64,000 bases of DNA, taken from NCBI GenBank assembly GCA_021790195.1, contig JAJYIF010000007.1, positions 24,192 through 88,191 of the forward strand. Reading direction: 5' to 3'. Positions 57,793-64,000 of the stretch are shown here, piece by piece. Numbering within the stretch: the stretch's first letter is position 1; every line of letters starts with the position of its first letter. The stretch is from Nitrospirota bacterium (GTDB lineage Bacteria > Nitrospirota > Thermodesulfovibrionia > Thermodesulfovibrionales > UBA9159). Both the position numbers and the translations under genes were made by a program. The notes beneath the pieces were generated by a model. It was not told the origin of the DNA. It saw only the letters and a list, made by a program, of their open reading frames with translations, and did no database searches.

Positions 57793-58190
57793 TTATAAGC
57801 AGGAAGTTCGGGATAATGCTCTTCTTGATGGGACTTCTGGTATTGCTCACCCCGCGATACATACTGCCGACTTGCGAGTTTGAGGGCTATAGCAGGATGG
57901 CCTGCACTTATACCGGCACGGCGGAGATGTTTATAGGGGCCATCGTCATGATAGCGGCGGTGGGAATGATCCTGTCCAGGACCTACGAGGCCCTGAGGTG
58001 GTCGGGCCTCACTACTCTGGCTGCGGGCATAGCCGTGGTTTTTGTGCCTGATGCCATCGGATACTGCCACAACAGCCAGCACCCCTGCAATTACGGCACG
58101 GTCCCCATGCTCCGGCTGCTGGGGGCATTGATAATTCTTCTTTCTATAGCGGGTTTTATCATATCTCTTAAAGGAGAAAAAAGCAGATGA
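57789..58190 (+). CDS. 133-aa four-TM membrane protein with Cys/His-rich external loops (DUF4418-like)
   Basis: ATGA overlap with the nosL stop. Loop 1 reads PTCEFEGYSRMACTYTG and loop 3 reads GYCHNSQHPCNYG. Size and topology recall DUF4418, but this is not verifiable without an HMM. Confidence 0.6.
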   Translation: MIISRKFGIMLFLMGLLVLLTPRYILPTCEFEGYSRMACTYTGTAEMFIGAIVMIAAVGMILSRTYEALRWSGLTTLAAGIAVVFVPDAIGYCHNSQHPCNYGTVPMLRLLGALIILLSIAGFIISLKGEKSR

Positions 58191-58828
58191 AGAACCATAT
58201 TAGCTTTGCCGGAAAATTGCTGCTTGTGGCAGTGCTTCTTTTTGTCCTCTTGCCTGTTGTTTCCTGCAAGAAAGAACAGCCCCGCGAGGAGCAGAGAGCG
58301 GAGGCGCCTACCGTCAACCCATACTCCAGCGAGTCCGTCTACGGAGAAATAAAGAAGAGACTGGACGAGAACCCCAATGACGTGGATGCCCTTTACCATC
58401 TTGCAGATCTTTATTACCGCGACGCGCAGTACCCCGAGGCGATTGAGACGCTGAAGAAAGTCGTCAAACTGAAACCCGACATGGGATACGCCTACCTCAA
58501 GATGGGGACCGCTTATGATCGTCTCAATAAGCCTAAAGAGGCGATAGAAACCTTGAGGAAGGCTGCGAAGCACATGCCCAAGTATGCGGTAGTCTACAAC
58601 AACCTTGGGGTGGCTTACGGCAATAGCGGCAATCTCAATGAAGAGATAGGCGCCCTGAAAAAAGCGATAGAACTGAGACCGAACTACACGTCGGCCAGAT
58701 TTAATCTTGCGATAACCTACTCCAAGAAAGGAAACAAGAAGGCCGCGGAACAGCAATATGAGGCCCTGAAGAAATTCGACGAGGGCGCGGCCGAGGCCCT
58801 CAGGAAAGAGCTCGATAAGACTTCCTGA
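58187..58828 (+). CDS. TPR-repeat lipoprotein
   Basis: ATGA overlap with the preceding gene. The lipobox is LLPVVSC, and about 4 TPR units follow (ALYHLADLYYRDAQYPEAIETLKKVVKLKPD...). Confidence 0.8.
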   Translation: MKNHISFAGKLLLVAVLLFVLLPVVSCKKEQPREEQRAEAPTVNPYSSESVYGEIKKRLDENPNDVDALYHLADLYYRDAQYPEAIETLKKVVKLKPDMGYAYLKMGTAYDRLNKPKEAIETLRKAAKHMPKYAVVYNNLGVAYGNSGNLNEEIGALKKAIELRPNYTSARFNLAITYSKKGNKKAAEQQYEALKKFDEGAAEALRKELDKTS

Positions 58829-58865
58829 TGACGCCAGGCTTACATTTACAGGACCCGGAGGACAG

Positions 58866-59534
58866 ATGATAGAAGTCAAGGACCTGACGAAGACCTACGA
58901 TATCGACGGGCAGACCCTGAAGGCGGTAAATAACGTCTCCTTCGAGGTCGACAGAGGTGAAATGGTCTCAATCATAGGCCATTCAGGTAGCGGTAAGACG
59001 ACCCTTTTGAGTCTGATCGGCGGTTTGACGCGGCCCAATTCCGGCCGGGTGGTCATCGATAATGCGGACATATGGTCCATGGATGACGACAGCCTCTCCG
59101 GCTTCAGGAACAGGAAGATAAGTTTCATCTATCAATTTGCAAGCCTGATCCCCACGCTTACCACCCTCGAAAATATCGTGCTGCCGACCGCTTTTGGAAA
59201 CTACAGGGATGAGATCGTTAAGGACGCAAAGGAACTTCTCGGCATCGTCGGCCTCGCAGAAAAGGTCAACTCTTATCCGTCTCATCTCTCGGGAGGCCAG
59301 CAGCGCAGGATCGCTATTGCGAGGGCCTTCATAAACAGGCCCGAGATCATTCTTGCCGACGAGCCTACGGGGGACCTCGACGAAGAAACCGAAAACGAAG
59401 TTATACAGCTCTTCGACAGGATGAATACGGAAAGAGGGGTCACGTTTCTCATCGTAACCCACAACAAAGAGATTGCAGCCAGGGCAAAGAAAAAATTGAG
59501 TATGGTCAACGGGGTCCTCTCGGAGATCGGCTGA
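58866..59534 (+). CDS. ABC transporter ATP-binding protein (MacB/LolD family)
   Basis: Walker A GHSGSGKTT, signature LSGGQQRR, Walker B ILADEPTGDLD. Confidence 0.9.
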   Translation: MIEVKDLTKTYDIDGQTLKAVNNVSFEVDRGEMVSIIGHSGSGKTTLLSLIGGLTRPNSGRVVIDNADIWSMDDDSLSGFRNRKISFIYQFASLIPTLTTLENIVLPTAFGNYRDEIVKDAKELLGIVGLAEKVNSYPSHLSGGQQRRIAIARAFINRPEIILADEPTGDLDEETENEVIQLFDRMNTERGVTFLIVTHNKEIAARAKKKLSMVNGVLSEIG

Positions 59535-59572
59535 CCCCGGAGCCGGCGCTCAATACCGGTTTTGGTGTAAAG

Positions 59573-59599
59573 ATCTTCTGACGCCGATCACTGACACTG
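59573..59599 (+). repeat. intergenic motif copy S2 (ATCTTCTGACGCCGATCACTGACACTG)
   Basis: It lies between the two convergent ABC ATPase genes and is followed by the small palindrome CTGATGTTCAG. Confidence 0.5.
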
Positions 59600-59613
59600 A
59601 TGTTCAGCGCTGT

Positions 59614-60285
59614 TTATTCCAGTCTCCCGTCCGCCATCTTCATCACACGGTGACAACGCTTTGAAAGGGCATCGTTGTGAGTGACTATTACAAAGGTTAT
59701 ACCGCGTTCTTTATTCAGTTTTACTAGCAGACTGAAGAGCTCATCGCCGGTTGCGGTATCGAGGTTCCCGGTGGGCTCGTCCGCAAGGACCACCTTAGGA
59801 TTGAGTATCAGTGCCCGCGCCACAGCTACCCTCTGCTGCTCGCCGCCGGAAAGCTCCCCTGGCCTATGGTCCCTTCTCTCGTGAACGTCGAGCTCCGAAA
59901 GGAGCTCTTCGGCCCGCGACCTTGTTTCCGCATAATTGCAGGACCCTACGAGACCCGGCATCATCACATTTTCGAGGGCGCTGAACTCGGGCAGAAGGTG
60001 ATGGAACTGAAACACGAAGCCGATCGTCCTGTTTCTGAAAAGCGCAAGGGAGCCATTGTCTTTGGAAAAGATATCGGCGCCTTCATAGAAAACCTTGCCG
60101 GAGGTGGGCCTGTCCAGGGTGCCCAGGACATGAAGGAAGGTGCTCTTGCCGACGCCTGAGGCCCCGACTATGGCAATGACCTCTCCCGGCCTTATCGAAA
60201 GGTCCACGCCCCTGAGGATCTTGAGCTCACCCGCAGGCGTATAAAAAGACTTTTCTATCTTTTGGGCCTCAACGAGGTTTGTCAT
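59614..60285 (-). CDS. LolD-like ABC transporter ATP-binding protein (no cognate permease adjacent)
   Basis: GASGVGKST, LSGGEQQRVAVARAL and VLADEPTGNLD. Confidence 0.85.
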   Translation of the reverse strand: MTNLVEAQKIEKSFYTPAGELKILRGVDLSIRPGEVIAIVGASGVGKSTFLHVLGTLDRPTSGKVFYEGADIFSKDNGSLALFRNRTIGFVFQFHHLLPEFSALENVMMPGLVGSCNYAETRSRAEELLSELDVHERRDHRPGELSGGEQQRVAVARALILNPKVVLADEPTGNLDTATGDELFSLLVKLNKERGITFVIVTHNDALSKRCHRVMKMADGRLE

Positions 60286-60520
60286 CTTTCTCTTTCTTGG
60301 CGTCTTTAGAGCCGGCTATCTCCTTTACTGTCTCCGTTGTCTTCCGGATGCCGTTTATGACGATATCGCTGCCCTTCTTGAGCTTGTCTGCCTTCTCTCC
60401 GACCTTCTCTGACTGCTGCTCGACCTTTTTCCCGAACCACCTGAACTTCTCACCTCCGCTATAAATAGATAGCGCGACAAAAACGACCGCGGCAATTATG
60501 CCGAGGAATATCAGTTTCAT
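60269..60520 (-). CDS. small single-TM protein with Lys/Glu-rich tail
   Basis: ATG 60520 gives MKLIFLGIIAAVVFVALSIYSGG..., and the track start at 60550 is TTG. It overlaps the LolD-like start by 17 nt. Confidence 0.5.
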   Translation of the reverse strand: MKLIFLGIIAAVVFVALSIYSGGEKFRWFGKKVEQQSEKVGEKADKLKKGSDIVINGIRKTTETVKEIAGSKDAKKEKDDKPR

Positions 60521-60632
60521 GATGAACTTGATCACATTCGTCTCCCGCAACGCAAATATTATTTGAGTTTACCAGACTCCCCGGTTTTTTGTCATTGTTG
60601 ACTTGGAACATCCCTGAATCATAGAATTATAA

Positions 60633-62393
60633 GTGAGCAGGAAGACCTTCAAGATTCTAGCTGTCGGTGCTGTCGCCTTCGCCGTCTATTACAACGCCCT
60701 TTCCAACGGCTTCGTTTATGACGACCTCCAGACGGTGCTGAACAACCCCTGGATCAGGGACCTGAGGCACATACCCGAAGTCTTCTCGTCCAATCTGTGG
60801 GGGTTCAAAGGGGAAACTTCAAACTATTATAGACCGCTTGCCTCACTCCTTGGCATCCTCCTTTTCAAAATGTGCGGGACCGATCCCTTCGGCTACCACC
60901 TGCTGAGTGTCATGACACATGCAGGCATTTCAATATTGGTCCTGCTGATATCGTCACACCTCATTTCAGGACTGTCAGGGTCTGACTCGAACTCCTTCCT
61001 GTCGCCGGCTTTCATCACCGCCATGCTTTTTGCCTCCCATCCCATTCATACAGAAGCGGTGGCATGGTCCGGCGCGTTCACAGAGCTATCTTTCTCTTTC
61101 TTCTATCTCCTCTCTTTTTATTTCTATGTCTTATACACCGAAGGGCATAAGAAGGGCCTTTTATTCTCGGCAGTCTTCTTCATCTTCTCCGCTCTCTGTA
61201 AAGAGACGGCCCTTACGCTTCCAGTCCTGGTCGTCTCTTACGACTATATACTTCGAAATGCCGGAGGGGACGTGATCTCGCGCGTAAAGAGATACTTGCC
61301 TTATCTTGCCGTCTCCGGTATATATCTGATTGCCAGGTTTCTTGTCCTCGGAGGATTTGCGCCGGTGCGGCAGCATGCCGGACTGAGTATCTACACTCAG
61401 CTCATCAATGTCCCGCCTCTCCTCGCAAAGTATCTCGAAAAACTGGTCCTTCCTGTTGACCTCAGCGTCTTTCACGTATTCCATCCGATCAAGTCCTTCC
61501 TGGGGATGAACGGCATCATATCGCTTCTTTGTTTCGCTGCTTTTGTCTCTCTCGCCTTCGCGGCCTGGAAAAGAGACAAGGTTGCGCTATTCAGCCTCTT
61601 CCTTCTGCTCGTGCCTCTCCTGCCCGCCTTCTATCTTCAGGGCCTCGGCGACAATGTATTTGCAGAGAGGTATCTCTATCTGCCCTCCTTCGGCTTTGTC
61701 CTGCTTGTGTCCTTGCTCGCGGGGAAAATATCGCATAAGCGGGCGCGGCCCGTAGTAGCGGTGATCCTGGCGGCCGTGGTATGCGTATACTCCTTCGGGA
61801 CAGTAACAAGGAATGCGGTCTGGAAGGACGACTACACGCTCTGGTCAGATGCGGTAAAGAAATCGCCTGACAGTTACGAGGCGTATGACAGCCTGGGAGC
61901 GGCCCTTTTCAGGAGAGGACGGTCGGATGAGGCAGTGAGGTGCTTCGATACTGCTCTCAGGATAAAGCCTGATGACGCCATGGCCCATTATGATTTGGGT
62001 GACCTCTATGCAAGGACAGGGCTGATAGACACTGCCATAGAGCAATTTCAGGCGGCCATAAGATCAAAACCTGATTACGTGAACGCCCACGACGCACTTG
62101 GGGTAGCTTTGAGCTCAAAGGGCCTGCCGGAAGAGGCCGCGAGGCAGTTTGAGGTCGCAGTGTCATTGAGAGGCAATGACCCTGTGCTCCATTACAAGCT
62201 CGGGACCGCTTACGGGCAGTCGGGGATGCTCGACAAAGCAGCCGAACAGTTGCGGACTGCCATAAAGCTGGATCCCGCTTATGCCCAGGCGCACTACAAT
62301 CTTGGAGTCGTCTACAAAGAGGAGGGCATGAAGAACAAAGCCCTCGCGCAATTCTCAGCTGCGCACTCGCTTAACAAGACAGTCAAAAACTGA
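60633..62393 (+). CDS. TMTC-like GT-C membrane glycosyltransferase domain fused to C-terminal TPR repeats
   Basis: GTG start. The first-loop motif is NGFVYDDLQTVLNNPWIRD. There are about 10 TM helices and then 5-6 TPR units (AHYDLGDLYARTGLIDTAIEQFQAAIRSKPD...). Confidence 0.75.
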   Translation: MSRKTFKILAVGAVAFAVYYNALSNGFVYDDLQTVLNNPWIRDLRHIPEVFSSNLWGFKGETSNYYRPLASLLGILLFKMCGTDPFGYHLLSVMTHAGISILVLLISSHLISGLSGSDSNSFLSPAFITAMLFASHPIHTEAVAWSGAFTELSFSFFYLLSFYFYVLYTEGHKKGLLFSAVFFIFSALCKETALTLPVLVVSYDYILRNAGGDVISRVKRYLPYLAVSGIYLIARFLVLGGFAPVRQHAGLSIYTQLINVPPLLAKYLEKLVLPVDLSVFHVFHPIKSFLGMNGIISLLCFAAFVSLAFAAWKRDKVALFSLFLLLVPLLPAFYLQGLGDNVFAERYLYLPSFGFVLLVSLLAGKISHKRARPVVAVILAAVVCVYSFGTVTRNAVWKDDYTLWSDAVKKSPDSYEAYDSLGAALFRRGRSDEAVRCFDTALRIKPDDAMAHYDLGDLYARTGLIDTAIEQFQAAIRSKPDYVNAHDALGVALSSKGLPEEAARQFEVAVSLRGNDPVLHYKLGTAYGQSGMLDKAAEQLRTAIKLDPAYAQAHYNLGVVYKEEGMKNKALAQFSAAHSLNKTVKN

Positions 62394-62410
62394 TAATCTA
62401 TTTTAGGGCC

Positions 62411-63061
62411 GTGACGAGCACATTTTTTGAGGATCTGTGCCGTTTGACGCTTAACATAAGTCGCGCGTATATCTCTATGAAAGAAACGTTCCTCGACAGC
62501 ATCGGAAAAAATTACATGGAAGCGCTCGCGGATTTGCGCAGGGTCAGGTGGTTGATACTCGCCGCGGCGATCATCTTTATTGCCGGCATCGCCATAGGGG
62601 CACGGCATCCTTCCTGGAGCGAGGGGAGCCTTTCGGCCCTGAAGCAGTTCGCCAGGCAGCTGTCCCGGGAGAACCTGTTTGCATTGGTTCTGGCGATTTT
62701 TCTCCGGAACAGCTTGGTGGCTTCGGTATGCGTTGTGTCCGGACCTCTCCTCGGGGTCCTGCCTTTATTGATTTCGGTCCTGAACGGACTCATCCTCGGC
62801 TCCGCGTTGTCATATGTCGACGAAGCGCATCGCGTCACCGCCCTCTTGCTACTTCTCCCCCACGGCATCTTTGAATTGCCCGCACTGTTTACGGCATGCG
62901 GAATCGGGTTATGGCAAGGCATAACTGTTTTCCAAAAGAACGCTACGCCCTTAAGGGAGAGGCGGTCCAGGTCTCTCAGGATTCTTTTCATCGTTGTCAT
63001 TCCGCTTCTTCTTATCGCAGCAATCATCGAAGGGACGAACATATATACATTGCGCGGATGA
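62411..63061 (+). CDS. SpoIIM-like (DUF95) membrane protein
   Basis: LRNSLVASVCVVSGPLLGVLPLLISVLNGLILGSAL...LPHGIFELPALFTACGIGL. An alternative start is ATG 62477. Confidence 0.75.
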   Translation: MTSTFFEDLCRLTLNISRAYISMKETFLDSIGKNYMEALADLRRVRWLILAAAIIFIAGIAIGARHPSWSEGSLSALKQFARQLSRENLFALVLAIFLRNSLVASVCVVSGPLLGVLPLLISVLNGLILGSALSYVDEAHRVTALLLLLPHGIFELPALFTACGIGLWQGITVFQKNATPLRERRSRSLRILFIVVIPLLLIAAIIEGTNIYTLRG

Positions 63062-63108
63062 GATGACCTTTTTGACATCAGGTCCGGAAACGTGATACCT
63101 TTCATCAT

Positions 63109-64000
63109 ATGGACCCGGTGACTCACGCCCTCACAGGCGCGACGATAAACCAGCTCGGCTTCAAGAGAAGGGCCTCTATGGCAGTCTTGCTCATCTCTTC
63201 CCTTGCGCCCGATCTCGACTACGTGTCGAGGTTCTGGGGGGCGGACGTGTTTCTCAGATACCACAGGGGAATAACCCACGGCATCGCAGCGTTGTTCATC
63301 TTCCCCATAATAATCGGGATTATCTTCGGATACAGAAAAGGCTTTCTCTACTATTTCTTTATTTCGCTCCTGGGTTACGGGGCCCACATACTCATGGACC
63401 TCGCCACCCAGTACGGCACCAGGGTCCTTTCACCCCTCGACTGGGAGGCGTATTCCCTTGACCTCGTGTTTATTATCGACCCCTATATAACGCTCGGCCT
63501 TCTCCTGTGTGTGATTCTCGGCTGGAAGAACAGGAAAAGGGCACCTATGATTGCGGCGGTCACCCTTGTCCTGATGGTTTCCTATTTCGCGGGCAGATAC
63601 TACCTGCATGAGGAGGCCACGGACTTTCTCAAGACCAAGGTCGACGCAAACACATACGCGCTCTGCCCTTTGCCGAACGATTTCCTGAGGTGGTGGTTTG
63701 TCGCGAGGTCCGGGGACGAATACCTAACCGGCTTCGCGGACCTTTTTGCCCAGAGGGTCTGCATCCAGGAAAGATATAAACCCGTCAGGGACCCTCTCAT
63801 AGAGCGCTCGAGGGAAGAACGCGCGGTCAGGAACTTCCTCTATTTCGCAAAATATCCTTATGCCGATGTGGAAAAGAAAGGCGACAGGACGGTGGTCATA
63901 TGGCGCGAGCTGGCCTATTCCTTCAGGGCGGGCGACCACTTTGTCACAAAGGTCGTATTCGACAAGCGCGGGAGGGTCCTCAGTTCAGCGTTCACTTTCT
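63109..64000 (+). CDS. membrane-bound metal-dependent hydrolase, YdjM/DUF457 family (3' end beyond window)
   Basis: The ORF leaves the window, so it is absent from the track. It reads MDPVTHALTGATINQLGF...LAPDLDYV...HRGITHGI...GYGAHILMDLATQYGTRVLSP. Confidence 0.75.
   Translation, partial: MDPVTHALTGATINQLGFKRRASMAVLLISSLAPDLDYVSRFWGADVFLRYHRGITHGIAALFIFPIIIGIIFGYRKGFLYYFFISLLGYGAHILMDLATQYGTRVLSPLDWEAYSLDLVFIIDPYITLGLLLCVILGWKNRKRAPMIAAVTLVLMVSYFAGRYYLHEEATDFLKTKVDANTYALCPLPNDFLRWWFVARSGDEYLTGFADLFAQRVCIQERYKPVRDPLIERSREERAVRNFLYFAKYPYADVEKKGDRTVVIWRELAYSFRAGDHFVTKVVFDKRGRVLSSAFTF

Noticed and set aside
62512-63387. 291-aa minus-strand ORF spanning two plus-strand genes
   Set aside because: It is antisense to the SpoIIM-like and YdjM-like genes, both recognisable. 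It also crosses their intergenic gap, which argues against real coding.
1-64000. tRNA, rRNA, CRISPR arrays, transposases or integrases
   Set aside because: I found no T-loop-like GGTTCGAATCC-type motifs, no regularly spaced direct repeats and no recognisable recombinase ORFs while reading both strands. This is a visual scan only, so small RNAs could have been missed.

Overview
This is a dense, mostly housekeeping chromosomal segment with about 65 protein genes on both strands. The host looks like a Gram-negative-type bacterium (LptE, TonB, GspA/GspB, LolD-like ATPase). It is probably anaerobic (several ferredoxin-type Fe-S proteins, a DUF362 Fe-S protein, apparent selenocysteine use). Recognisable genes include cysE-cysS, rnr, a ccsA-like-hemA-hemC operon, dprA-(smg-like)-topA, argG, feoB, rel, gspA/gspB, rpsT, leuS-lptE-holA, birA-coaX, uvrB and der. 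I recognised no rRNA, tRNA, CRISPR array, transposase or integrase. Points worth a second look: (1) A DsbC/DsbG-like thiol:disulfide isomerase is split by the ORF caller at an in-frame TGA that sits exactly on the first Cys of the CxxC motif, with a SECIS-like hairpin just downstream, so it is a predicted selenoprotein. (2) cysE reads in frame, with no stop codon, into cysS. (3) A translationally coupled five-gene operon (FtsX/MacB-type permease, NosL-like protein, Cys/His-rich 4-TM protein, TPR lipoprotein, ABC ATPase) lies next to a secreted beta-propeller with a C-terminal CxxCH, and no nosZ/nosD/nosR is in view. (4) A low-G+C islet carries an IPTL-CTERM protein and an orphan RHH protein. 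(5) There is a stand-alone two-CW Cys-rich protein. (6) A short sequence motif recurs in four intergenic regions. (7) A secreted protein ends in a tail that is about 14 percent methionine. All calls come from reading the sequence and translations by eye. No database search or computation was run, and hand-derived coordinates of small features may be off by a few nucleotides.
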